A stretch of 64,000 nucleotides of DNA, taken from the NCBI RefSeq assembly GCF_964213995.1, contig NC_135814.1, positions 57,908,001-57,972,000 of the forward strand. The letters run 5' to 3'. A program made the position numbers and the translations under genes. The notes beneath the pieces are model-generated. The model saw only the letters and a list, made by a program, of their open reading frames with translations, ran no database searches and was not told the DNA's origin. This document shows, piece by piece, positions 24,884 through 38,509 of this stretch. The DNA is from Mustelus asterias. Lineage: Eukaryota. Position 1 is the stretch's first letter. Every line of letters starts with the position of its first letter.

Positions 24884-25239
24884 ATAAAAGGACTGACTAT
24901 GGAGTCCCCAGCCCTCCGAGCACAGCGCGGACAAATTTCACCACCAAACAGTTAACGGAGCTGGAGAAGGAATTCCATTTTAACAAATACCTAACGCGAG
25001 CCAGACGTGTGGAAATAGCGAACGCGTTACAACTGAGTGAAACCCAGGTGAAGATCTGGTTCCAGAACAGAAGAATGAAACAGAAGAAGAGGGAGAGAGA
25101 AGGTCTTCTGGCCAATGTGGCTTCTGTGAACTGTAGTCAGGATTCAGCATCCGCAGAAAGCTCGGACACTACCTCGCCTTTACCTTCCCCACGCACAAAG
25201 AGCTCGTCAGAAACTCCAAACTTTGTTGAGCAGAAGTGA
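24884..25239 (+). CDS. hoxd1: Homeobox protein HoxD1, exon 2 (homeodomain; 306 aa spliced)
   Basis: Acceptor ttttgtag|. Homeodomain [59 protein letters not shown]. Confidence 0.96.
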
Positions 25240-27234
25240 CTCTCCTGAGGCCTTAACTTTCAACGCATTTTTTGGCAGAAAATATTGCAATCATTTAGCA
25301 CATGACCAAAGTGTTCACTTTTATTCTATCAAGTTACCGGCAGGAGATGCAGACTCGATTGTTTGAATATATTGGTTTGAGATGGTTTAAAACTCTGTAA
25401 CATATTGAAATGGACTCCAAAGGGTTTGGCCAAAGTTTCCACTTTGACCTGCAATGTGTAGCAACATAAACACAGTTAAAGTGCAAAGGCTAAACAAAAT
25501 GTATCACCTCAAGTAGTGTGAAGTGCATTTCTTTTCTTAACACGTTTGCACAGGCAGTGTGTAAGGCTTTGTAAACAAAGTCTCAACAACAACAAACTGC
25601 CCCAATTTACCAGGTTTTTGCTCTGAACTGCCTTGCTGAGACTGTTACTTGCATAAAAGGAATTGTTTACATGTACTGTATTTTTTATTGATTTATCTGC
25701 GATGACATTGACGAATGTAACGTAGCATGTTCGATGTAACTCCTCAATGAGTGGAATTTGCACAATTATGCCTCAGGTTGAAAGGTTGTGGTTGCTGCTA
25801 TGTAACACTGTGCCTATCTAGCATTCTTTCCTTAGTATTATGTTACTTGGCTCCTCTACCTCTGTGATACTTACCATTGTATATTAAAGACTGGTCATGT
25901 TGTATTCTGTTCTATTGCGAATTGATTTAAAAGCTTATAATTTAATCCATTCTTTATTGGAAACGGTTTATCAGCTGTAGTTACTGCCAATGTACAAATA
26001 TAATGTCCAATGGTAGGAATGTGCAAAGGCCGTGGAATAAAATATATCAGAACAGATGCAACGTTTTCAAACCTCTCGAATTTTCTGTTAAGTACAACTT
26101 TGAATTGGACTTCAGGGTTCGGTCAAGACATCCACTTTAATCTGGAAAGTGCGTGAAGGCAACAATCCCCAGTTCAATGCAAATATGAACCAAAATGTAT
26201 GACTCAGTGAATTTTACACACTGATACATAAAATAAACAAGAAGGCTATAGTCTCCCACTTTCAGATAAATCTTGATTATTTAACACCATTTTAGCTCAA
26301 TCACTAATTTTATGATTCTGTTATTAAAATACGAGTGGTTATCTGCAGTTGAAATAAGAGACTTTAACATTTATCTTTTATTGTTATTTCTGTTAGTAAC
26401 TTCAGTTGAATCTAAGCTATTTTTGAAAAATGTATTTCGTGACAGTTCTCCCTTCTCTCAGGGAAGAAGCGGGCCTTTGCATTATTAACAAGTTATGATG
26501 AGTCCACTTGGATTAAACATCTTCGCTCAGCAACTTCCGACCTAATGATCAATGCAAGAGGGAAAACATCCATTCAATTTCCGAATCAATTGAACATCAT
26601 TTGAGACTCGTATGCTCTTTTGAATTGGTTTCCATGAATCGGCTGATGAGCTGAATGGCTATGCCACGCAGCTTTAGACACAAGTTACCTCTCACTGGTA
26701 TTGGTTAGGAGAATGTAATTCCAACAGTGACGGTGGGAACTTTCGGGAACAAAAATAATCCTTAGCATTGTATTAAAACAAAAATATAAAAAAACAATAT
26801 ATTGCTGGTTATTCACAAACAATACAGCATTTGTCAAAATCGTAACATCAGTTTAAAATTACTGTTTCCATGTTAACCTGTCGCAATTATTTTCGAATTA
26901 TAATTCCTAGCGACTTGTTGTGCATAATGCTGCTTAAAGGTCTATAACTACACTTCAAGCTGACCGTTGTACTGATTGAAGACTCGAACTTGATTTTTGT
27001 ACTGATTCAAGATTCGTTGAGTCTTAAAAGTTAGCACAGCGATTTAATTAGCCCATTGAAATTTTGCTACAAATCATCCTGTTTTTCTCCCTTGGATATT
27101 AATAGGAATTTCGAGCAACCATTTACTGGTTCATTGATATGTTTGGCATTACCTGAAATTGAGCCTATGCTCTACCGGTGTGAAATTGATGCCGTAGTTC
27201 AGGCTGCTCAAAGGAAAGGCAAAGAGAACGTGTT

Positions 27235-27330
27235 TGTATTTAACGCATTTCATGACCTCAAGACGCCTCAAAGGGTTTTACAGCCAATAAAATACTTTTG
27301 AAGCGAGGTCACTGTGTCATGTAGGAGCGA
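27235..27330 (-). mobile_element. DeuSINE/L2-type 3' tail fragment
   Basis: Reverse complement resembles the tails of the elements at about 42120-42220 and 47291-47365. Confidence 0.5.
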
Positions 27331-28389
27331 TTTAGGATTAAACGTCTAAGCTTGGGCAGAAGTAAATCTGTATACCAAGTTGAAACAGGCTTTAGATGGC
27401 CCGGTTATGATTAAACATTTTAAATATATACACAATTCCATCTTTAGGCTTTGCCAGAATGTTTGTTTAAAAATTGAGCTGTAGCTTTTTTTGTGAGGCA
27501 AGGAAACCTTACCACTGTAATAACTGAACATGAATCGCTTTAATCTTGACGTTTGCTTTTCTGTATTTGTGCATGAGCGCAAACTGGTGAATCACACTCA
27601 AAATGTCAGTGCATACTTCGACCACATGTTGTATAAGACCCAAACGAACATGCTTATATTTTTCTCTCAAACATTTCGACCATTTGGTCTTAACAACTTG
27701 GTGTTAATTACAGTTGCACTAAAATAACACACAGCGGCCCCTGAGAAGCGGCATTTCAAAGAACTGCTCAAGTCGTAAAATTTACAATGATCTCCTTGGG
27801 AATCAGCACGGAGATCTTTGATATGGAATCCTCAATGCTTTGATGGTGGCTCGCAATGGGCAATCTCCGTGCTCTACTGTGCCCAGAAAGACGTGTTTTA
27901 TCTAAAACCTGATTGCACATAATGTCTATTTTGCTTTTAGGCAGAGGCACATCTTCACGCAGGCCAGAAGAATGGGCTTAAAATTTGATATTTTTTGAGA
28001 GTCTGAATAAGTAATGCTTGGTTACGCCCCGGGAAATGGCATATCCTGGCGCGATTGCATGTTATAAACTTGCAGGCTCTTTGTCTTGTCTCTTGCTGTT
28101 AGGCGCCTATTGTTCGCTTTTATGTTATCATACCTCTGATCCCAGTCCTGATTATTCCCCCAAAGCCCCTGAAGAGGTGGGGGATGCCAGGGATTTTATT
28201 AGCACAATACGAAAACTGTTCGTAACTGTGACTGCATTGTAAGGGTCACAATAGTCGTTTGCACTTGTTTGATATCCAGTTTTACTTCTGCCCAGAGCGG
28301 AAGGACTATTCAATATTTACTCTGCCTGAAAGGGGTTGTAGAAGGGTGAACCACAGCAGGCATCCCACCGATCCCACCCCCAAGCGCCA

Positions 28390-28406
28390 GGTTCACTGAA
28401 AGTTCA
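28390..28406 (+). promoter_or_regulatory. DR5 RARE 3' of hoxd1
   Basis: GGTTCA-ctgaa-AGTTCA, one spacer base different from the Hoxa1 3' RARE (GGTTCA-ccgaa-AGTTCA). Confidence 0.8.
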
Positions 28407-28819
28407 TGAGAAAGCAAAACGATCTAGATCGATCCTTAGTCTTTATCCATTTCTGTTGCGATCAATGCATGTGTACAGATATTTCAATAACAGGCATGAA
28501 ATATATGCTTGTCCTTTCCCCACCAATTTGTTTTAACTTGTGAATGTAATGTGCACATCTTATCTTTAGATAAGCCTTAAAGGTCAAAGTTCATTGTAGT
28601 ACTGCATAAATGAATATTTAATGTTGCTTTATGACTGACGCACAATTAATATGCCACTAGTCCACGGTGTTCATGGCAAACAATAAGGACGTACCATTGA
28701 TGGGCTATTCCCTGACACCGTTTATTCTGCTGTTTGTTCCCTACAACATTTTTCTTCTCCAATATACAACGTTCGTCAGCTTGAGCAATTTGCTGTGATT
28801 TTTACTATGGGTAAGGAGA

Positions 28820-28920
28820 GGAGGCAGGTCCCGAAGCTGCCTCAGCTGGAACAGGGTTCGAACCCCGTGTTGTTGGTATTAATCTGACCCATGTACCATT
28901 AACCAAGTGAACTAACCGCG
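28820..28920 (-). mobile_element. tRNA-derived SINE head
   Basis: Minus strand GGTTAGTTCACTTGGT (A-box-like) and GGGTTCGAACCC (B-box), with no clean cloverleaf. Confidence 0.5.
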
Positions 28921-31904
28921 GCCCGAAAGATAAGTGTATTGAAAGATTAACTAGGTTATTCGAGCCATAGATGACAGACTGGTTATAGCACAGATTATAT
29001 ATACGTATGGGTATTTACATATTGGAGCAGGAAACATATCAGGCATTCTCCGTTTTGTTTAAAGTTTATCAGTTTCCCCTCGAAACATCTCATGAATATA
29101 AACATTGTCAGGGCATTTGGACAGCGAACATAACTGACAGCACTTTGCAGCCAATTGGAACAATGGGTGAGACGATGATGCTGAGTGGCCACGCCTCATC
29201 GGCTCCCCGCTGCTTTAATATGCAGATTAGCCAAATGCTGAGTAAAGACGAACAGAATTTGTGGCTTGTTTATTTTGGTATTTACCTACATTGTAATTGT
29301 CACCGAATTGAGGCTCTCGTTGAATGATGAGTTGTTACATTGCGCTCCTCACTAATCATTTGCACATACACGTGCTCCAAGTAAATTCAGGGGGCTGGAA
29401 ATTCAACTTATTGACACAGAAATCAAATCGCAATCACGGTTCGGGATTAGCCATATCATGACATACAATGCACACATTTACATTTGTTCGACGTAAACAT
29501 TTCGCGTGCTTACAGCAAACTGGCGAAACCCATTCCTAGCAATGAAAGGCTCCCTATCACAGTAACTGTAGGTTACAGTCGGTAACAGTGCGGCATGAAA
29601 TTACTTCAGGACGTGGTCTTCATAAAAATGTATCGAATCCATTCAGCACCGTTTAACACTGATAGACAATGTAATCCGATGTAAAGCGAAACGTTCATGA
29701 TGTGTACGAATTTTTCTTTCTTCAACAAACTAGTCCCTGCCGTGTTTTTAATGGCACTGGCAACGAGAAAATAAATAAACAGCGGCAACATGTTTTAATT
29801 GGTATATATGCGTTTTACAGTGAACAGTTGAACAGCAGTTCGATTTCAATATTGTACCAGCATTTAAAATTACATTTAATACACTGCTTTCTATTTGTAG
29901 CTCTCTCTTTGAAATACCTTGCCCTGGAGTAAAAGAAGTCACCCTCTAACTAGATAGGAATCAACCGTGGCCGATTAGCGCTATATGAATTGTTTCCAAT
30001 AAAGTATTGCCAGAGTTTAGCCCTGCGTGGATTATTGAAATAGGGATTATAGAAACAGAACATTTACTCAATCTAAGTTTGATCCGGCTCCGTAACTAAC
30101 AGTAGGGATCTCACTGAAAACCGATGTTGTACATTATCATACCAATGCTGTTCCTTATGATACTACATTCGGGCATGTGCTTAGTTAAGTCGCTCCATTT
30201 CACCCTTTGAAACATATTTTTGTGTGCATGAGCTGACTAGCCGTCAGAAACAACCATTGATATTTGTATCTATCGGCGCTGAAGTTCAGGACAACGTTGC
30301 TAAGAAATTGGTTAGAAATGTACTTTATTCTTATGTTATATTTCATTCCTTTTCCAAAAGGTTTATAAGAAAAAAATACATCGCCATTCCTTGTGGTCGA
30401 TTATTACATTTTACATTCGTTGTGCAAAAATGAACCATGATGAAACTGACTAGTTAATCTGCCAGGACCATGACAAGCTTCATATGTTATAGGCATGTTG
30501 CATTATGGCAACCGATTAGCAAGAGTTACTTGCAGAATCTGCCTCTGCTCCTGGGATTAGTTATGACATTGCACAGTGTCAGGTACTGAAACAATACGGT
30601 AAAGATCTCTGCCCTGGCATTAGAATTCAATTTAGTCTAACCTCGAGAGCTGCCCTAATCTGCGCATCCCTAATTTACCAGAATATGCTAAACCTGGTTA
30701 AAGACTCACGCCAACTGCAGACTAAATGAGTCAATATGTAAAGTCAGCATAGTTAATAATTCATTAAAATCGATAAAGCTAAAGAAGATAGAACATGAGA
30801 TACAGGATAAACTGGTTAGTATTCTAAACGTGCGGAGGTTTGTAAGAAACTTATTCCAGTTTGGCGATATTTAGTATAAGCGTTTTCTTTAAGCGAGATG
30901 TTTGCATCATGCATTGTATCGGGTTGAAATCGGATACTGAATCAGGTCTATTCCGATCATGTATGGATTAATTTAAATTTTGCTGTGTTGGTGTACTGAC
31001 TGTAACCAAGTTCCTCCTGACAATCAGCTTAATATCTGCTAAATGCAAAGTGGCAATTTCACATTCCCCTTTTGCAAAGACTGAAGCGTTGGTTCTCGAA
31101 ATGCAAGCTGATGTAAACATAATGATGGATACATTTTAAAAAAGCCAATCATCTGAAAATCATGTATTCCTTATACATGTCTCTTTTAATGAACTTTCAA
31201 GCGTTCATTTCACAGAAGTTCACAGGCGTGAGGTTACAACGCTTCTGCGTGTTCCCAGCACATTTCTTGAAAATAATTAAATCATTGGGTACATTTTGTC
31301 TGATGTAACCTCATGGTAGAATCACAGTGAAATGATACCATGATACTTCTGGAGCACTGCGATTCGTTTAATCTTGAGCCTATTATGCGTGCTGCCAAAA
31401 TGCATCATGAAACTGTAAGAAGGTTTCGTGGGGCATCATGGCTTCTTGAGAGAAATGAATCTTTGGAATCGGAAACAACGTGATTGTGGAGTAAAGGGGG
31501 TGAACAGGGCCCGATCTACTTCGCACTTTACACCCAGTTTTAAAACACACATCTTTGCCTCCTTTCTGTACAAATATTGGTGAACGTTTGCATATGTTTC
31601 AATCATCGTAATGAAATTCACCCCAAATCTAGCCTTCCGGCTCACAAACAGAGAAACATGTGCTTATCTCACCCGCCATTATCAATGTGAGTCGAGAAAT
31701 TATTTTGAATTATACACTTATCTTAAATGAAGTGTTTCCTTAGTACTAGGCCGGGATAGCCAATATTTCGCGAGAATGTTACGGGTCTTTCCTTTCTGAG
31801 GCATATTAAACACTTAAAGTAAAGCAGTCAGGATGCATTAACCTGTCAAGTCATTTTCCAAGCAACATATATTCATCGAACATGTGAAGTTTTGTAGGGA
31901 AGGA

Positions 31905-32160
31905 TTGGTCCCGTTGATTAGACATTGGCCTTTCACCTCTGGCACCTAAACTCAAATCCAGTGCTGTCGGATATAAGGAGATTGTTAGGGCCCTGGCTAA
32001 AGAGAGTTTGGGCAATCTCCATTCAGTATCCAGTTGGCACGGACATGTAGCACAAAACTGTCTCTAATTGGGCACTAATTGACAGCTCACTCAGTGAGGC
32101 CTTGAATATAGTGTGGGAAATGGAGAAACTAGCCATCTCCGTGCAACAGCACACATTGTT
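31905..32160 (+). mobile_element. LF-SINE-related element
   Basis: Ordered blocks GCCTTTCACCTCT, TCAAATCCAG, CACAAAAC, AATTGGGCACTAATTG and GAGGCC follow the LF-SINE consensus as I recall it. Confidence 0.6.
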
Positions 32161-32731
32161 GGGACGAAATAAAAATATGCTTTAATTCCGACCTGGAAGT
32201 GTTTGATGCTGAAACCGGATGCCTAAAGTGAAAACAATTCAATCCCCAGCGAAAAAATATATATAATTTAAAAGGAAAAGTAAGCTTTTGTCTCCGGGTT
32301 TAGATCTAGAGATGTGTCTCTTAATTACTAACATAAATGGAATTGACCGGAGCTGACATTTAGCATTTGCTGTTCAGAAATACTTTCTGCTTTCATTCCT
32401 TAACAGTCTTAAAAAATGCTTCGAACCATGTTTGCATCATTACTTTCAATAGTTCGTTTTTAAATGTTTGAGGTCTGTTTAAAAGCGCTTATTGAAAATC
32501 GCAGAATTAATTAAAAATGTTCTTTTGCAGGCCAGGATGCCAGCTTTTCCGTCGATAAGCCCCTTCACATCAAACAAGGCGTCGGAATGAATTATTTAAT
32601 GCCACATGAAATCACATTCTCACATTACAGCTACCAGAATTCAGAGGTGACTTGCTGTGGTCACCACAAATCAGAATGGGAAATGCGGTTAGCGAATGTA
32701 TCGAGTGCACACTAGGAAAGCAGTGCTTTCT

Positions 32732-32811
32732 GTTAGAATAACGGAATGGGATATCAGAATATGGGACGAATAATTAGAATAATGGGACGTTAGAATAACG
32801 GAATGGGATAT
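32732..32811 (+). repeat. Short local duplication
   Basis: GTTAGAATAACGGAATGGGATAT at 32732-32754 and 32789-32811, with partial units between. Confidence 0.85.
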
Positions 32812-33059
32812 TTACGGGTTGACTCAATGTTTAGTCAGAAACCTAATTGTAATGATATAGCTCTTGTAATTGTCAACCGTGGCTGTTTATTCGTTTTTAG
32901 CAATTAATTGTGTGGTTTACTAATTCGCTATTGACACAAATAGCTTTGGTCAGAGTTTCAACGTTATTTACCTGTTACCAAACACATTATACATTTAAGT
33001 ATCAGCCGAGGTTCATGAGCAGCCTTTGAGATAGAAGGGGGGGGGGGGGTTAAAGCTCC

Positions 33060-33410
33060 ATTGCAGGGTTCTGAGCACAGATGTAGCACACATGATGTAG
33101 CACTAAGTGCCACGCTGTTCTTTCGGAGATGTTCAAGCGAACCTTATCTGCCCTCTCAGGTACACTCGAAATATCCGATGGCACTATTCGAGGGAGAGCA
33201 GGGGCGTCCTCCAATGTCCTGGCTAATATTTATCCATCAACCCACATCACCAAAACAGACCTGAGGGAGCAGGACAAAAATCCACACGATCTGACAGCCC
33301 ATTCCTGAGACCTCAGTGTGCGCAAATTAACTGCTGCCTTTCCCCAAAAGCACAACGGTGCCCACGCGTCATTTAGCCGCAGTGTCAGGAGGCTTGGAAT
33401 GAATGCAAGT
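33060..33410 (+). mobile_element. DeuSINE (SacSINE1/AmnSINE1-like)
   Basis: Deu-domain-like TCTGCCCTCTCAGGT...ATGGCACTATTCGA...GAGCAGGGG...TGTCCTGGCTAATATTTATCC...CATCACCAAAACAGA. Confidence 0.7.
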
Positions 33411-33624
33411 TAATCCTTTCTTATTAATATTCTAATATAGAATGGAAGAATGAAATCATTATAATACATGTTAAATTATTTGCAGTAACTAATTCAGCTA
33501 GGATAGTTAATATGTTTAAACTCGTCGTTATTGTAATTTATCCTAAATAGGACTGACATGAAGGAATAAATATCTTTTCCCGTCTATTTAAATTCGGAAA
33601 CGATGAAAATGAGCAATGCCTAAA

Positions 33625-33810
33625 GATTCTCCGGGTTTTGAATGCTTTAAGGCAGAGCTAGATAGATTCATGAGTAACAAGGCGGTAAAAGGTTATCGGG
33701 ATTATGTAGGAATGTGGGGTTAAGGTTACAATCAAATCAACCACGATTTTATTGAATGGTGAAAGCAGGTTCGAGGGGCCGAGTGGCCTGCTCCTAATTC
33801 CTATATTTGT
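33625..33810 (+). mobile_element. CR1 LINE 3' end
   Basis: Encodes FKAELDRF and carries the GAGGGGCCGAGTGGCCTGCTCCT tail shared with other CR1 copies here. Confidence 0.8.
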
Positions 33811-34656
33811 TCACGCGCTTGACTTATTTACTTTGAATTGCAGATGGTTAGTAATCGAATCTCTACGCTCTCGGAGAAAGAGATTCACTTGTAATTGTTC
33901 CTGTAGACTTACTAACATTCAACTCCCCCGTAGCTACAATGATTAACATGACCGGTCCCATCAATTATCTATACGCACAGCAAGTACGGATCTCTTTCCA
34001 ACATGATGCTCATAATCTAATTTAAATCTCACAAACCGAAGGAGTGGCGCGAAGCAATAGTTAAGTTAAAATATAAAATAAAATCAACCGACGATCATAC
34101 ATTTTGATGACGCTACTAGTATTTTCACATTTCAACACGGGATATGAGCGATACTAACATTTATGTAAGCAGTGGAGTTATAAGTAATTAAAATCATAGT
34201 GCGTCCCAATTGTGTGTTATACTTGACAAGTTTCTGCAATCTTGAAAATATTTTTGAAAAATCTACTGTGCAGTCAGTACCTTGCAGTCGATCAAATGGA
34301 ACCCAAAACTAATGTTTTCATCTGCTATTAACCAGCTTGCTTGGTGTTTAAGTTTAACGGATAGGTTCTTGATCTTCAACAGATAGAGGATACAGGGTCA
34401 GACAGAATATCCAATTGTAAACAAACAACCATAGTGAATAATCAGACGGTACTAGAATCAGAGAGAAAACATGGAATGGATTATTATACTGCAAAAGATA
34501 AATGCATTTTTTTTGCAACAAGCTTTTCTACTTTACATGGTGTTTCACCCAAACCACCTAATCTATCGATATGTACTAGAAAGTAAGGAGTTGTCCAGTT
34601 TAGTTCATAATTGAGGACGACGATAACTTACCGGTGACAAAATTGGACCTGAATAT

Positions 34657-34798
34657 GCTGGAAAATCTCAACGGGTCTGGCAGCATCTGTAAGGAGAGAA
34701 AAGAGCTGACTTTTCGAGTCCAGATGACTGTTTGCCGAGATTTTCCAGCATTTTCTCTTTTGGTTTTAGATTCCAGCATCCGCAATAATTTGCTTTTA
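34657..34798. mobile_element. Penelope-like short insertion with inverted arm and 13-bp target-site duplication
   Basis: TGGACCTGAATAT at 34644-34656 and 34799-34811. Internal inverted repeat ATGCTGGAAAATCTC / GAGATTTTCCAGCAT. Confidence 0.7.
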
Positions 34799-37139
34799 TG
34801 GACCTGAATATTGTCGTCTTTGCTGAAAAGTTTATCGATTGCATTTCATCGCGCATTCTGTTCATTTAACAGAAATTGAGGTAATGTGGTTTAAATTAAA
34901 CCATATACATTTAAGTAGCGCTTTTTTGCTGGAATTAGTATAATAGATAACACAGTAGGTCATCTCACTCTAAATATCGTTCTTTACCACCGAGAAAACG
35001 CTCAAAAGAACACCAAAAACAACTACACCAAATGTCATCCCTTTGACCAGAATGTAAGACTTTAGCATAAATAATGTGTTCTTTATCCATATTGCACCCT
35101 ATTTTCATGGTCAACGACACGACAGGGCATTTTCAAAGCATCTAATTAGCACCCAGAGAAACAGCAAAGATAAGTAATAGTTTTGATCTTCATTCTGTAC
35201 CATGTTAGTATATTAATAGAACTTTATTTAAGAGGAAATCTCAAAATTTCAGTTATACATATACATACACACATATACATACACATATATAATGTGCAAC
35301 AACACTGTAGCAGATCTACCAACAACATATCTACTTTTCATCAGATTCACAGATAGTCAAAAACAAAACGAGTTCATATTATGCTTTCCTTTTTATACAG
35401 GGCCTTTATTTCAATTCACACTCCTTTATGTGATTAATATTCAGAATAGTGCACATCACCATTAGGAATTATACCGAAAGCTTTCTTCAAATTCCTCCTT
35501 TGTACACAATCTCTCTCTGAGTATCATATTGTTTGTCTTAAGTACTTGGTCTTCATTATTACTGTCGGACATAAATCATTTTCCTTCTTGACTTAATTTT
35601 CTGATCTTGAGAGAACTCACAGTCCTTAGCACACACCATCGTAGATTGCACATGTCCACTGCAACTTATTGCTCACCGAACTAATCCAAAAGATAATGAT
35701 ATTGATACACCACATTTCAAGATGAGATTATTTCTGAATTGACAAAATTAATACAATGAAATTAAACACAGTGAACATGCACAGAACAATGAGAATAATA
35801 AACACTTTAATACTTGAATACTACATTGCCTTCATGACTGCAGTGAAAGTAATGATAGTCCCTGTACAGTCTGTAAAATTCCCCAGTACATTTCAGTTCC
35901 AATTCACACAGGACCATCCTAGTTCCCATGACATTGTGCTTCAGCCTCTCTAGAGATGTCCTGCATCCCACAGATTCCAGTGTCTTAAATGTACCATTTT
36001 CCATTGAAATTCCTAGTAGAATTGAACTCATTGCAGAGAACTTGCTAGAATCTGGAACAAAATTAGTCATCACAATGAGAAATGCCAAAAGGAGGGGAAG
36101 AAGAATGGAAAAAACATTGGTAAACTGGTGCAATTAAAGGTCCTTTGTTGGTGTTGGATTCATAATCAACCCATCCTGCAAAACCTGTCAAATTTATTTT
36201 CTCATTTATTCCTAAGAAAACATATTGGTATATATTGTTATAATCATGAGGTTTGAAAAGTTATTATATTTGGGAACTGTAGCTTTATATTTAGGGTATA
36301 TGAAGCAAGATATGTGAATTATTCTATAGTCTACCTGAGAGAAGCCTTGGATGGTTTGGCTGTTAGGAAACTCAAAGGAAGGCTTAGATTATTTTGCTGA
36401 GAAGAAGTTGCAAGATATTTACATTTGGGGAAATGGCAGCAGTCTCTGAGTTTGCAATGAGTAGACTCGGAGTCTCCTAGAAAGGTGTTACGTGTATCAA
36501 GTGGTAAACAGTTATGCTGTAAATGTTCCATTTACTTTTAAGATGAAGGGAGTTGTGATCAAGGATAGCCAATAAGCATTTCTACCTAGAGACAAAGCTA
36601 ATATTTTTCACAATGTTAGGAGAAGGCAGACAAAGCCATTTTTGAGTTCAGGTTACAGGCTTCCCTAACAAATGCCATATTAAGACAGCCGAGGTTACGT
36701 ATAGTCAGCAGAGAGAAAAAGCTGTTTGACTGTGTGAGCTACCACAGTTGGACATGGAAGGAAATCGTTTCCCATCAGAGAGACACAGTCTGCAGCCTTT
36801 AATGGATTCTGGGAGATCTGCTTTGGCATGGTTGGGGGAAGAATAATTATTGGAACAGCTTTATTGTTGGTGGGGAATTCAAGATACTGCATTCATCAGA
36901 TACACCTCCACTTTACTGGAGACATGTTTTATTCCTGCTGCACAATGTTTATAAGCAGCAACGATTGCAAACTGTACCATCTCTATGACAGTTCATCAAT
37001 ATATTCTCATTTTAGTGCAACGCAGGGCATTAGATTGATATTTTCCAAAATCTGCATTCATGGCTGTGACAGAAGTACTTACTGGAATAAAATTAATTAG
37101 CAAATGTTTTAAAGTCAAAACATTGTGGTGATAATATTT

Positions 37140-37285
37140 TACACCACCTCATTACAGCCATGGGTCAAACATGGACAAAAGAGCTGAACTCCAGAGGCGA
37201 GGTGAGAGTGACTGCTTGTGACATCAAGGAAGTACTTGACCAAGTGTGGCATCATGGAACTCTAGCAAAACTGGAGGCAATGGAA
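37140..37285 (+). mobile_element. CR1/L2-group LINE reverse-transcriptase fragment
   Basis: QTWTKELNSRGEVRVTACDIKEVLDQVWHHGTLAKL, a degenerate DxxxAFDxVWH motif. Confidence 0.7.
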
Positions 37286-37479
37286 CGGAAAGACTCAGGC
37301 ATGCTCACAAACCAACTGGACATTATTGGAATGGTAGCCCCGGTTTTTGCGGTTCTTCAATCCATTAACATATGGGGCCTAAAGAGCCATGTGCATGTAA
37401 TTAATTCCACCTGAACCATTACTCTGACAAATCCATTTTCTCTCTTTTCTTGCTTCTCCCTGGACAATGAGAAGATGAT

Positions 37480-37800
37480 GAAGTCCCCTCTTCTTCACTA
37501 CAAGGTCTCTGATGCAGTCATCTAAAGTGAATTGTGAGTTGTTGCGAATGTCAGCTACTCCCAGCTGGAAGGATTTGCAGGTGTAGAAATGTAGGGCTAC
37601 AGTCATCTTGACAGGCACTTCCTCACCCTGCTGCATGATTGCAGGTTGGTCGCAGGAAGTGGCCCAGTTCAGTCACTATCTGCTTGGTAAAACACAAGCA
37701 TCTCATACACCGCTCTTGGTTGAGGTGGAGGTCGGGGAAGTACTTCCTAAAGATCCTAGGTGGTACGGTCCTCTATTGAGAACTCACCTCCTCTTTCTCC
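37480..37800 (-). mobile_element. PIF/Harbinger (HARBI1-like) transposase fragment
   Basis: Minus-strand VPVKMTVALHFYTCKSFQLGVADIRNNSQFTLDDCIRDL, with an upstream PPRIFR...CLCFTKQIVTEL segment, resembles the Harbinger transposase N-terminal region. Confidence 0.6.
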
Positions 37801-38074
37801 TGTGCAGTTTCCCTATCAGCTGCCTGTGCTCCACTTTGAGATCATGTTGCAGCCCAAGAGGTGCTGCAACTATAGTCCCCATTACTAAAGCAGGCTTCCC
37901 CTGGCAGGCCTCCAAACTCCTGTGACCACCTTGTCAAGATCCAGCACCACTCCCATGCAAATCCACAGTGTTGAAAAACTCCTCCAATAAAACAGAACGC
38001 AGTATTTCCACTAACTTTGCAATGGCAAAACAAAATCAACATTTCACCAGAAAATGGAATGGTTAACCCCAATT

Positions 38075-38128
38075 TGTGGTGGTGGTGGGGGGTTGTGGTG
38101 GTGGTGGGGCGGGGGGGGGGGGGGCGCG
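38075..38128 (+). repeat. (GGT)n / poly-G tract
   Basis: GTGGTGGTGG...GGGGCGGGGGGGGGGGGGG. Confidence 0.85.
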
Positions 38129-38509
38129 GTCCTGAAGATGTTAGCTAGACCTGTGAGGTCCAAAATGGCAGCCTGTGCAATACATTAGCATTAAAGATTG
38201 CTTGACATCACAGTCCTCCCACTCTGCATGCTTCTGGCGAATGGACTGCAGGTCTGCATGACCATCAGGGCACATTGTGCAGGCTGCACCCCAAGTGGCC
38301 AAAAACATCCTGGTTGATATTTCCTTCATAGACCAGAAGCCTCTGTTTATGAGACCCACAAAATAGTCCCACTGCGATTGCAAATTCCTTTATCATAAGC
38401 AGCATAACCAGACAGAGTTTTAAATCTCAGCAGCTGTGTTTGACTTTGTAAGATTAGATTCCATTGATTGGCAGGAAAGCATTCATGGAAGAAGTTTGTT
38501 TGGTTTTAA

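Noticed and set aside
28820-28920. tRNA gene
   Set aside because: A- and B-box-like motifs are present but there is no acceptor stem or cloverleaf, so it is treated as a SINE head.
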